A DNA stretch of 64,000 nt, from positions 1,302,001 through 1,366,000 of the forward strand of contig JAYWIR010000008.1 of NCBI GenBank assembly GCA_036172245.1. The letters are read 5' to 3'. Both the position numbers and the translations under genes were made by a program. The stretch is from Raillietiella orientalis (Eukaryota). Positions 1 through 12,299 of the stretch are shown here, piece by piece; position 1 is the first letter of the stretch; each line of letters begins with the position of its first letter. Below the pieces are notes generated by a model. That model did not search any database, was not told the DNA's origin, and saw nothing but the letters and a program-made list of their open reading frames with translations.

Positions 1-502
1 AACAAGAAGTCCGGGATAGCAGGGATGTTTGAAATTTATGTTAAATTTGTTTAATTTCATTTAACATAAACGTTTGTGTCAAGTAGCAGAGGTGTTCAGC
101 ATTTGAAGGAGAATAATTCATATGATAATCAATTGTATGCTCATTCAGCAGGTGTTGTATTTAATGAACATGTAATTTAATGTTTCCATGTCTTATTGAA
201 AGAAACATGGCCTTTTTTGAGAATACTTAGACTTTGCGCAAGTTGTTTGTTCATACCAATAACTAGTTATGTTTGGATTGTTTTTTGTTCAGTAATTTTG
301 TATTGTAATTCCTCAGCAGATTGAATATCAGTCAAAGTAGGTATTAAGGAACTATTTGTTTAAACATTGCAGAGCACCAAGAAAAGTTTTGTTGCTATTT
401 GATGGTTTTATAAAACCTAATTAAAAGAAACATTTGGTGACCCAATTGAAACATTTACTTGAACTCTTACAATAGTGAATTATTAGTTTTCAGAATGAAT
501 GC

Positions 503-3500
503 ATGAGAATGCAGTTCAAACTACTTAATCATAAAAGTTTAAACATCAATGAAGATGATTTCTTGAGTGACCGAGAAGAAGAACATTCTTCCAACGAGGA
601 TGAACCCAATGCTCAGAAACATCAGGAATTACTCACATCTATTGGCCAGTTAGATAACTGGAAATTGTAAGAAACTTTATGATTTTAGTCTTTTGAGTAC
701 TTATGTCAACAGAAAAGTCCCTGAGAGATTTGAATCTGTAACAGAAGTCAATGAGTTTGCAGTAACACCTCAAGAAGTCACAGTAAATGATTTGCTACAG
801 CATTTAAAAGATCAAGCATCACATGCTGCTGTACGAAAACAAGTGAAATTAGCACTAAATAGGAAAAAAACTCTATTGAAGCCAGCATCTGGACCTGAAG
901 CTCAAAGGGTAATTCCTTAGTGATGGTAGTACCTTGGTGATGTGTATCTTGTTATGCTTTAGATCCATAGGTGTGTAGCTTATGACAATGCAAAAGCAGA
1001 TGTCAGCCAGTGGGAGAGTATTGTTTACCGGAATCGAGTTGCTCCTTATTTAGAATTTCCTTTGGAATATGAGCAGTTGCATCTAGGAGATGCAGAGGAA
1101 TACTTTCCATGTCAGCAAGTGAGATGCTGAAATTCTATTTGGCTCATATCTTATTTCTGTTTTGTGGTTTTCCAGATGTCAAATGATTTAAAGGATAAAA
1201 TATACTCAGTATTGCATGATAAGAAACATGAAATACAAGATGGTTTGACTGTTTTTGAAAAAGATGTTTTTTCAAAGATGACTTTAGAAGAAGCACTTGA
1301 AAGGCGCAAAGAAATAATGAAGCTGCGTGCCTTTCAGTCGTACCAGTTAACAAAGCAGCGTCGGCAAGCAAAGATCAAAAGCAAAAAGTAAATTATATGA
1401 AGAGAATGATTATTTGGATAGCATTGAGTGTCATTCAGATATCATCGCCTGCTAAAGAAAGATCGGTTGAAAAAGCAGTTGAAGGAGTTTGAAGAGTTGA
1501 AGAAAAGCAACCCTGCTGCAGCTTTGGAGAAGTTAGAGCTATTAGAGAAACAGAGGGCAAAAGAGCGACTAACCTTGCGTCATCGCAATACTGGCAAATG
1601 GGCCACCTCCATTGCTCTTCGAGCAAAGTACAACAAAGAAGTAAGAATCGATTTTTTGGTTATGCATAAACATGTTTATCTAGGCACGAACAGCTCTGAA
1701 GGAACAGCTACAACTTAGCCGTGAATTGACTCAACATTTGACATTTCAACAGCCAAACAGTGAAGATGAAGACAACAGCAACTTGGATGGCACCTTGATG
1801 CCATCTGCCAACTTGGATGATCCTTCAGGAGTTTGCAGCTCTCATGCAGATGAGAAGGATCAATTGCTCCTTGGTTATAGAAAATACTGGACTGAATTGA
1901 ATCAGCAAAGAGAGAAGGATGAGAAAATAAGGAAGCATGCAACTCCTGAAATGAAAGAAGACTCATCTCAAAGTGTTTTTCCTATTGAAAACACAAACGA
2001 AATCTCAGAAAGTAAGAGCTCTGAGGGCACTGTGAAGAAGAAATCGAAACTGCTTATCTTGAGAAAGCCCCAAAAGAAGCAAACATCAAAGCTCCTAATT
2101 TTTGAAAGAAAGAATAGAAAGAGTGATGTCACCAAAGAAGACAATTTGGATGATTTGTTTGAAAAGGCTGAGAATAGAGTGAAAGATAAGGTTCAAGAAA
2201 AAATTAATTATTTTCATGAACATCTTAAAGTGCTAGAAGAAATGGAAAAGAAAGACCATGAAACATACATCAATCCAGAATCCCATATGTTGATTGATGA
2301 GAAGTACTGCATGAATGAATCAAAAGATCAATTTGGACCGAAGGATGAATCAAGGTTTGTTTCTGCAAATAGTGTAGCTGTTCATCCAGAAGGAACAAAG
2401 TGCTGTGACCCCAGTAACACAGAGCCTGAACTAGATCCACAAAAATTCTTAAGTGTGAAACCAGTCCCAGTGCATGCTTCAATGCCCAGTGCTTTCATTG
2501 AAGAATTTGATGACAAGAATGTGCATCGTATGACAATAGCTGAAGCATTTGCTGATGATGATGTTTTGGCAGAATTCAGGTAATGAATACGAGAGGGACC
2601 TTTCAAATAATCTTAAGGAAATGGTATTAAGAGCAGAAAAAGAGAAAACGATAAATTTATCCAAACCAAAAGATTTGGATTTATTCCTGCCTGGCTGGGG
2701 TTCATGGGGAGGACAAGGTTTGAAGATCAATAAAAGAAAGAGGAAGAAGTACTTACTTAAAGCTCCACCAGCCCCAAAGAGAAAAGATCACACTCTTGGG
2801 AATGTAATTATTAATGAAAATGAAAATGAGAAACTTTCTCTTCATCAGGTGAGACAAATATTTGACACGTGATTCTGCTGCTAGTCTAGTAAACTCCTGA
2901 TAATCAGTGTTCAAACTGGTTTGTGAATTAAAATGAGTTAGCAGATAAAGCTCATGTAAACAAATCTGCCTGCAAAAGTTTTGAAATAGCACTGATAAAT
3001 TTCTTGAAATTTTGTTTTATCTTTTCAATTTTTGTTCTGTGAGGGATTCCTTTTTAGCTTTCTAAAGAGGCCAGCATAGTGATTTGTATGCCGTGGTCTG
3101 AATGCTTACAATGGTGATATTTATATCATGTTTTATTATTGAAATTAGTAGCATATATTAATGCAAAAGTTGACTTGCATTTTATAGTCTGCTGTTCAAT
3201 TTTCATTGATACACAACTCACTTCCGTTCATTTAAAAACTTTAATTTGTGTTCTTTTGAGTTGGGGAATGATTTGTGTCTGCGGTTTTACAAAATTTTCC
3301 ATTTGTGATTTATTAGAATACCAGCTACAGCAGTTGGTTGTTAAAGTTTAGAAATTAAGTTTTCTTGCATATGGAGGAGAGCACTCAAATTAAAGAGTGC
3401 TCTCCTCCATATGCAAGAAAACATCTCCCATTGAAATCTTTGAAACTTTATGGTGTTGTTTGTGGTTTCCTAGTTGGTAAATTTCATAAAATTTCATATT

Positions 3501-4213
3501 TCCAATTAGATTATGGTATTAGAGTTTACTGCATGCTGATTCCATGGTTAAAAAAAAGATCTCCTTGATTGTAGAAATCAGTTACTAAATATTTGATAAG
3601 ATCAATTTCAAGTTTTCAATAACAACTTACAAGCTAAGTTTTCCCATGCCAGTGTTCTTCATTATGGATAAATAGATTTTGTGTGAACATTGTATGTATG
3701 AACATTCTTTGAGTGAACAGTATGTATGAACATTCTTTGGCAGTGATAATGTTATAAATTCACAATGTTTGTGAATACACATTTGTTCACAATTTTGGAC
3801 TGCTTTGTTTTCAAAATTCTTTGTCAGTTAATAAAATGCATACCAACATTTTTCCAGCTGTTTCAGTTCACTGTGGCAGTCATTTCATCTCAGTGTTGTC
3901 GTTTTTATCTTTACCTAGACATAATCCTTTATATTTATCTTGACATCATTTTTGATTGTGTTCTTCACTTCAGGTTTCTGATGTACCATTCCCCTTCAAA
4001 AGTGTAGCAGAATTTGAGGCCAGTTTGAAAAAGCCATTGGGTAAAGCTTGGGTCCCAGAAACTATCCAGAGAAAAAGAGTTCTACCAAAAGTAACAACGA
4101 AGATCGGAACTCCTATAACCCCTATGGGAGAAAACATGTTACACAAAAAGGTGTCGAATAGAAAGAAAAATCCAAAGTTCAGCAGTCTGGGTACTTTCGT
4201 TAAACTAGCATAA
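503..4213 (+). CDS. UTP14: U3 small nucleolar RNA-associated protein 14 homolog (SSU processome), spliced, about 760 aa
   Basis: Exons 503-666, 713-908, 963-1118, 1176-1387, 1439-1640, 1684-2579, 2632-2848 and 3974-4213, all joined by GT-AG introns, give one 2283-nt frame. It contains Utp14 family motifs: AKIKSKKYHRLLKK, ERLTLRHRNTGKW, IAEAFADDDVLAEF, LPGWGSWGG, VPFPFKS..EFEASL..PLG..W. The start codon (503 or 509) is uncertain, because an acceptor at 487-493 allows an upstream exon. Confidence 0.93.
3683..3739. repeat. Short tandem duplication (about 28 bp x2) in the last UTP14 intron
   Basis: gtgaaca(tt)gtatgtatgaacattctttg occurs at 3683-3711 and 3713-3739. Confidence 0.8.
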
Positions 4214-4599
4214 TATATTCGTGATTTTCGATTTTGAATTTGCATTCATTTATATATACAACATTCAAATATACAACAGACCTTGAACAGTCTGGTGTAG
4301 GTTGCGGCAGATCGATAGGTCATATTGCAGGACCTTCATAATGCATGTAGTCCGTGTTGATTACTTTTGACAATGCCATTACAAATATGTAAATGGTATT
4401 CAAGGGTAGAATGGCTAATTTTTCTTCGTTATATCAAGTGGGCAATCATTTGCGATCACATTTCAGAAAAGAATGAAAGATTTATTCATATGTCATCTCT
4501 ATCTTTTACCAAAAGTTTTACCCATCTTACAATGCTGCATCCACAGCTACTTCGTACAACTCCACTGGACTGCATCTTCAGTGGAAATAGTATAGTAGA

Positions 4600-7500
4600 A
4601 CCGGGCGAAGGGATGCGGAAATCCTCACGAGATGGAAAAGATTCTGGTCGGTTAGCTGTGAACACTCGCGGCTCCTGCCCGGCTGCTGTTCGCAGAATCG
4701 AAGATATGGGGGTGGATTCAGCGTTAGGAACACACCAAAATTACGTTTCACATGAGACCAGCAGAAAAAGGGTTCTTCAGAGGCTTCTGAGGTTTTGTTG
4801 GCATTTCAGGAAGATGGACGCAATTCTTCTCGGGGACGAATCGGCAGCGAATCTGCGGATCGCCCGCGTGGGTGTTCTCCCACTTCAGAGAACGCCCGTT
4901 GCTCAAGGTCGTGGATCCAGCTGGCTCTCTCGGCAGGATGCATTTCCAGTGGGAAGCTTCGTTTTGCGAAGACTCGCTAGGGTCTCCTGGTGTCATCAGA
5001 AGGTACTTTTGTTAAATCGGCATAGAAGCTACTTCCAGGAAGCGGGGACCTTTGTGAAGGAGCCGCACCTGGTGGAAGCAGACCGGGAAAGATTTCAATC
5101 TCCGGTGCATTAACTGGAGTAGAGCTACGGACGCAGGATCTCCATGAAGGCTACCTTCCTATCCCCATCGTAGATGATGACACAAACCAAGAGGCAGGGG
5201 AGGGTGGAAGCAGTCGTCTTGCGCGTATCATTCTGCCAAACTGCAGACGAAACCTCGAAGGAGAAATCAATGGGAAACATGCGGAACAAACGCTTCCAGA
5301 CATGAAGATCGACAAATCGAACACCACGAGCGTCTGGAATAACGGCGTGTTGGAGTTGCTTTTTCCATGGGAGCACCAAAGCAACGAAGAGCCAAGAGAG
5401 CACCGCGGTCCCCGGTGCGTATTATCTTGCCTTCTCCAAAGAAGAGCGGCAATCTGCGAAGGACTGGCGGCTCTTCTTTCGCGCGCAGCCACCAAAGTAT
5501 CGTCAACCTCGGCTGCATAATCAAGGGATCTCCGCTGCATGGCAACTCCACTAGTCGCCAGTGGTGCCTTCCACGCGTGCGGTAGAAGGAAGCAGAGAAC
5601 GTGGCGTATGTTGCCTCACATAGTAAACCACTGCATGAGGCATTCTCTCATGTACCAACAACGGCACAATGGAGTTGGGGGTAGAATAAGGAAACCTGGC
5701 TGAAGGCTGAGGTCTCAGAGAAACAGCAAGTCCTGGGTGTGGACTCACGGAGACGCACGGAGAGGAAACACTCCTCACGGCCAGGCGGGATAAGGGAGAA
5801 AAATTAACAGATTGCAATCTCTCCCGAAGAGGAATAAAGGTAGCGACATCGTCGCCATCATCAAAGGGTCAAGGGACTGCTACGGTGCTCGAGTGGATTC
5901 TCGGACTGCTTCGCTCTTAAACATCTGCGTTGCGACCAGCCTCTTCCCATCTGTCGATGGGTGCGAAGGCGCGAGCTGTGCTGTTCGTGCAGTCAGGAGA
6001 AGAGGGCCGTGGATGGACCGACGACTTGCAGTGGGCCACCAAGTCCGGTAGCCGGACTGAAGAAGTGTGTGGGCAGGTGCCAATAGCAACCTGCAATGTT
6101 CCAACAGTGAAGAGAGGAGCACGAGAATGAATGCCCGGGGCAACCGAACACGTTCCAAGCGCCACTTGAGAAGTGGCCTCGGCCTCATTCCCAACGTAAT
6201 GCTAAGATGGACAAAGAAGGGTTTCCGAGTAAAGTCGCGAACGGAGACAGAAGCGTTACGAGAGCATACAGGAACTCTGGAACGTGGACATGCATAAGTT
6301 GCAGCCAAGGTTGCAAGCGAGCTTGCAAGGTTGCAAGCATGAAATCCGAATTCAGCTTGCTGGCATTTCCATAGAAAAAAAATACAAAAGAAACCTCGGA
6401 TGCGTGACGCCACTGGCACGTGGCGCTTCTCTGCGGTCCTATTCGTCGCCAGAAGAATAGCTCCAAATGGTTCAGAAGCGTTCGAGATTGGCTCCGTACC
6501 CTCCTTACTTCACCTCTCGCCCCGTTCCTCCGAGAGGGTGTCCAAGAATGCGCCCCCCATACTGGCTCAGGCACGGCAGGGGAAAGGGGCAAACGATTCC
6601 CGGAACGTGCCCGGGACTACATGTGCCTCCGTTCAGACCAGACGGATATCTTCGCTCAGTGGAAGAGTGCCAGTCCTGCTGAGACATTTGAGTCCACGTA
6701 CTTTCCAGAGTGGGAGGCATCATCCGGAACGGGATCAACATGAACGGGATCGCCGACATGCGACGTTGGCGAGGAGCACCACCATCGCCCATCTCCATCG
6801 TCGACGCCAGCGCCGCTTTCCAGGCGACTGCACGTAACGTGAAAAAGGAAGGAAGTCCGACCAGCCGCCGGTTGCCGAGGAGGACGAGCACCCAGGTGCT
6901 ACCGCTGAGGACAGGAACACAGCTGCAGCAGCTGTGTCCCTGGAGCACGGGGCAGATCCTCTGAGCAGGCATACTGGCTCACGCTTCTCTGGGCAGGTGG
7001 GACCTCTTCCAGGCTCAGGAGCTTCCTTCCTCGTACGAAGATGAGAACCGCGCTAATCTTCTCAAATAAAGAGGGAAACACTACGTAACGAGCACTGCAG
7101 GGAGTGCCAAGGACGTAGTAGTAGATCATATCCACGGGTGCGCGGAAAAAGGCTTGGCCCACGACACAGTCCAATCAAGACGTAGAATCGGAATTAAGCC
7201 ATAGGCACAATGGGGAGCAAGAAATTAGTCGAGGGGCAAACGGTTCCATTCAGCATATGCAGAAGAGGGGCTTCTTGCGGATGCCTACGACATATCAGTG
7301 CTGAGTTGCAGAAAAGTTCTTGCGCGATGACGCCTTAGAAGTATCATCAGACAGCACTGATGCATCATTACCACCAACAGATGCAAATTAGCAGACGGGC
7401 ATTCACCCAGACGGTACGATATAGTAAATGTCTCCCGGAGCAGCAATGGTGTGAGAGCTCCTTCCCGTGGGAGAGCCAGTTCATGGCAACAAGCCAACTG

Positions 7501-9700
7501 AAGTCCAAAAGAAGAAGAGGCCGTGAGTCGCTCATCCATTGACCGAAAAATCTGGCTTCTAAGTGTCACGCGTTCCGGTGTCGGAACGACGAAGTTGTAG
7601 GGAGCCAAATCCTTCACCAAAACTATCACAAATGGATGCGTGGAAGGAAGCACGAGAGACAGGAACGGTCAGTCCCATTTCAAGTTGTCTGGACGCAATC
7701 TCTGCCGAGGAAGGCGGAGAACTGTTAAAAATTGCTGTCGGCTCGAAAAACACAGAGATCCTGGATGATTGGACTCGGCAAAGAAGTGGCAAAGCAAACG
7801 AAACTTTCTTCAGCCAAAGACGGCTGTCGTCCCGCTGCCTTCTCGTCTTCGTCCTCCCAGACCATGCGACCCTCGGATGGATGCGTCCGGGCTGCGCATC
7901 CCGCGGGTGTGCGATTGCTGGGCGGAGAGCGATTTCTGCTCTCTCAGTTCTCTCAGCTGGAGAACATCCGAGCTGGCCTCGCGCCGTGGGGTTGAAGCGG
8001 ACGAAGGGAAGTGGCCGCGTGGCCTCGCAGAAACGAAAGGAGGACAAGAAAGTTGTGGCCATCCATGGCCGGAGCCCGCGCTGCTGCTGCCGTCAGGAAG
8101 CGCAGCGGGTAGCGAAGCCGACATTTCTCTGCCATGTGACAACATCTCGGTCCTTCAGATGAGCTTCAAGAGAGGATTAAGGGACATATGGTATACGGGT
8201 GACCCTGCTTATGTATCACCGCCGACTGGAGTGGCAGGGAGCATTCCTACTGCACCTACGCCCTCCGGCCGCGGAGGCGGGAGAGGGAAGGTGGTACAAT
8301 TCCCAAAGGGTTCGTCCCACCAGGGTATGCGGGGTACCAAGAAAAGCTTCCTTTCCGGGACTCCAGATACAATTCAAGCGAGTTCAAGCGTAATCGGGTA
8401 GGTAATGCAATAGGCAGATGCAGAAAATGGCGTTCCTCGGAGACGCATTCTGTGAAGACGCTGGGCACACTCGACTGCGGCCCTTCTCTTCAGTGATTAA
8501 CTTGAGGCTCGTGAGTTAAATGATTTCTTCGTACCAATTGTGATGCCATCGAAGACTCTGCAGACAGCATGCGTCGGCCGTCTCATTTGATGCGTAGGTC
8601 TGGCGGCGGCTTCAATCAGCACACCCTCGGAACGGACTCGCAGCATCCAGACTACTGGACCTGTTGCACTACCCCGTCAGGGTTAGTAGTCGACGGGACT
8701 CTCGGACGGGAGAAGCACCCGACGGTGTTTTTCAGAGCCGCAGAAGCAGGCGGACCGCGAAGGGGAAGACCCATTCACACACCATCCACCCAACATCGGC
8801 GCCCATCGTTCGTTCGCGACTCGTGTTCTTCCGCCCTCCTCCCCCACTTCGACGCGGGAAAGTCAAGAAGCAATCACATGGGAATCCTTACGGAGGTGGT
8901 GGCTGGAGTGGTCCTCCGCTTCGTCCGCGCGGGAATCGGTTGTGGCACCTGGGCAACGATGGCGTACTGCTAGTTCCCCCCATCGTCGGGGCTTTAAGAA
9001 GGCATCCCCGGCGGAAGCGGAAGTGCCGGTGGGTCGACGGACGGGAAACACCCCGCGGTGATGCCCGACGGCGTCCGGGTCGCGAGGAGGAACTTCCGTT
9101 TCCCCGCGACGGCGCCTCTCTCGCGGCAGCGTTCCGCGGCATCCTTCGTCTAGTCGCCGGCGGGAGCCAAGGAGAACGGGCACGGACGGCCGCCGCGGCC
9201 TGAAGCGCTGGAGGCTCGCCGGAGGCGGGGGAAAGGCCGCCTGCTCGCGCCATGCGGGCGCGGCGAGCTGGCCCGCGGCGTACTCGGTCTCGAGGATCGT
9301 TCCCGCCTGGTGTTCTTAGTGGTGTCATCTGCGCCACCCGCTGGAGGTGCGTGCAGGCGGGGAAGGCGACCGCCAGTCGGCTGCTCGGAGTGCCGTCGCG
9401 GGAGGCCTTCTGTGAGGTGGGAGGTGTGTGGGTGGTAGGCAGGGTGGAAGGCTGGGCGAGAAGGATGCTTGAGGAATTCGGGATGGGGCAGTGGCATCCT
9501 TCTGGGCAGCCCACTGCAGAGGCCCAGTCACCTGTCGCTCCCTAGGTGGAGCTGTTGCTACGAGCGCGCATTTATTTTGTGTTTCCCCCCCCCGGGAGGA
9601 TTCTCGGTGGAGGGCGATGCTCTTCTAGGGAGACATCCTCGGTATAGTCCTTTGGCTCCTCGTAAGGAGGCAGGAACTCACTCTTTAGCAGTCGCCCCCG
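4600..9700 (-). mobile_element. Highly decayed L1/Tx1-like non-LTR retrotransposon relic (ORF2: EN-RT-Cys)
   Basis: Minus-strand motif remnants occur in the expected order: ADSNF (GDFN-like, ~7735), WMSDSRPLLL (SDH-like, ~7520), VWVNARLL (WKLN..LL-like, ~7400), RILGHPLGG (YLG-like, ~6540), RVRLPRAF (LP..GGLG-like, ~6140), WCSIC (~5315). There are many stops and frameshifts. Confidence 0.55.
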
Positions 9701-9719
9701 AATAAAAGGAGAAAGGCGC

Positions 9720-12290
9720 GCTAGGAAGGATCCTCTCTTCGGGCTGGCGCTTGGCTTGCGTCGGCGAGAGGGTGGGGTACGGGAGAGGAAACCAAGGGCG
9801 CTTTCTTAGGGGCTTTGTGTTTCGCGGAAGCATTCTTGCAAGCGGGTGCCTTGGAGATCGTTGTCGTTGACGCTGGGAGCAGTTTGCGAGTCGCCTTCCA
9901 CCTCACACTTTGTCGTCGCCGTTCCTGGCTGAGGAAACGACTGGGTTCCTTCTTCACTCTTCTTCGGGACGTTGTCAAGCACCTGCGCATGGACCTGCAG
10001 AAGGCAGGGAGGACCTCTCAACACGCTGTGCGGAATCTGTTGCGCTGTTTTCCTGGAGGACTGGAAGCTGCCCTGCTATAAGGGTCTTCTTGTGGTGGTT
10101 CATCCATTCACATCTGCATGCATCTTCTATGTTGCTGGAGATGCCGCCGCGGGCACGGAGAGGAGCGAAGGAATCCTCGAGGGTACGTCGGGAGCGGTGG
10201 GATTTTCTTCTATCACCACGGAGCAATCTACCCGGAGTGCAGGGACATCGGACGCGGCATCTCCGCACAAGTGGTTCTCCGCCACGCTTACGGCAGTTCC
10301 TTTCTCCCGAAATGGTCGACAACCACTCGGATGGATGTCCGGCTTGTTCCATTCTATCCCGCCTCTTACTCTCAACGGAGATGAGGTTTTTCTCAACCCC
10401 ACGGGTTTTCTCTTCTTTGCACGCTGGTAGCCCTGCATTGGCCATGCTGAGCGGTGCCTTCAAGAGCTGCTGCCTCCAGCACTTCGAGCTACGAAGTGAG
10501 GAGACGTTTTATCAGGTCGTCCTTGAGTTGCAGACGATCTCGCCCGCCGATGTCGGCTCCACAGGCATGTCCACCTGGAAACGCTCCCCTCTTCCTCCTC
10601 CTTTCCTTTTCCTCCGACTGCTACTTGCTGGCAATGTCCGATCGGGTCCAGACACGAGATCTGGTGCAGTTCTTCTTGACGCACTCCGGATGCTTCGTCC
10701 TGCCATGCTGTCCGGCAGTCTGCTTTCCGGACGAATCCTCCGTCAGCCAATAGATGTCTCCCTCCCCTATGCGTACCGGACGACATGGGAACACAGGTAT
10801 AGGAGGAAATTGCCTCACCCGCCCAGGAATGCCAATTTACCAGCCGAAGACGCCTGTCCCCGGCTCTACCCTTGCTGAGCAAAGGTAACTCTGGTGAGCA
10901 TCTAACGACAGACTGAGGACAGCCTCCTCTAGTCGGAGAGATCTTCTGGAGCCACCCGAAGAACGGAAACCGCTTCCGGCTCCTACATGTGGTTCGATGG
11001 CTGCAAAGAGCCCAGCCGTCATCGAGCATCACCACTGCAACGTCGGCAGCAGAGACGGTGCATCCTCTGCGGAAGGAGCGTCAGGTAAACTTTGGGCTCC
11101 AATCCCCTCACCTTAACAAACCCGACTTGTGATCCATCTTAAAAGCGCTCGGTTGGGTGGGCTGCAAAGGTGCGATCCCGCAAGTTCTACAGTCTTCGGC
11201 TGGGGGACTGTAGAACGAGTGGACGTTTCCCACAAAAACGCCCAATCACCCGCTCGGAAGGGGAAGCACCCGCTAGAAGGGCCCGCCCGCTGCCTTCCGC
11301 ACGGAGGACGGCGCATGCTCAACGGGCCGCTATGGAAAACCCGGAGACCGGTGGCTGCCTCCTCGCTGTCCCCGGCTCTTCCTCGAGGACGAGCGCGCCC
11401 TCGGGCGACCACGAGAGGAAGGCGGAGAAGTCGCTCTCCTGGACGGCGGCCTTCACTCCTCCTCCCCCCTTCTGAAGCCCCCGCGAGCAAGGGCAGCTCC
11501 TGCCTGGCCCCTGCACTGCGAAGAAACCCCTCCCCACCCGCACCCCTTCTGGCGAGAGGGGCGCGAGTGCTCGAGAAGTGGGAGGTCCCCTCTGCCTTTC
11601 CCACTCCCTTTCCTCCCCTCTGGAAGGGCGGGTCTCCCACCCCTTCCAGACGGTGCCTGACTGCGACCTTGACCGCCGCCGCCACTTCCCACTGCATGGA
11701 GCGTCGTCTGCCTTCCAGGTCCATCCGTAGCCCTGAAGCAGCCTGCAGCAGCCGACGGGGGCGGAGACGCTCTTCGCAGCGACCGCCCTCACCCGAGTCA
11801 GGACACACCGCGCCCGATGCATCCTCGTTCTCCCTTCCTCCTTTTTTTTTTTTTTTTTCGTTGCTTCTCCCGCCCCCTCTTCGAGGTGCTTGCGCGCACC
11901 TGGACGCCCTGGTAACAAGTAGGCAGCGTCCACCCGCTCGCCGCGCATCTCATGAGCTGCCGGATGCACTGCTCCCGGCAAAGGACGCGCCGACTCGCCA
12001 GCCCGATCTCGTGGAGAAGGCATCCCCGAGTGTGGAGATGTCCTGGATGCGCTACCGCACGGGTGCAGGCAGGTCGTCCTGGAAAATCTTCAGGAATCCC
12101 CGAAGATGCCAAATCGACTCCAGGCTGCAGTGCCCCGTGGGGATCGGAACTCTCCATGGGTTCCGCTCGGCGCGCAGCCTCCGCAGCTCCTTTCTCACTT
12201 CGAGATCGGATTCGTGCCTGCAATTCGAGCCGCCGCCATTGCCACCCGGTCTTGCCGGAGCATTGAAAGACGGGAAACTTTGGTGAGAGT
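9720..12290 (-). mobile_element. Decayed L1/Tx1-like relic (ORF1 end plus endonuclease start)
   Basis: VGFVKVRGL (NVRGL-like endonuclease start) at ~11100-11126. Upstream is a degenerate Y.G...HRA.C zinc-knuckle-like remnant at ~11800-11920. The relic shares segments with 31632-32063 and 45557-45866. Confidence 0.55.
11531..11963 (+). repeat. Near-identical direct repeat, copy 1 (copy 2 at 31632-32063)
   Basis: About 430 bp with only scattered mismatches, from tccccacccgc..cccttctggcgagagggg through ..gagctgccgg, including the internal poly-T. Confidence 0.92.
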
Positions 12291-12299
12291 CCGCGTTCC

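Noticed and set aside
2849..3973. Possible intronic snoRNA in the long UTP14 intron (also the LSm6 intron)
   Set aside because: No convincing box C (RTGATGA)/box D pair with a terminal stem and no H/ACA structure seen by eye; an Rfam scan would settle it.
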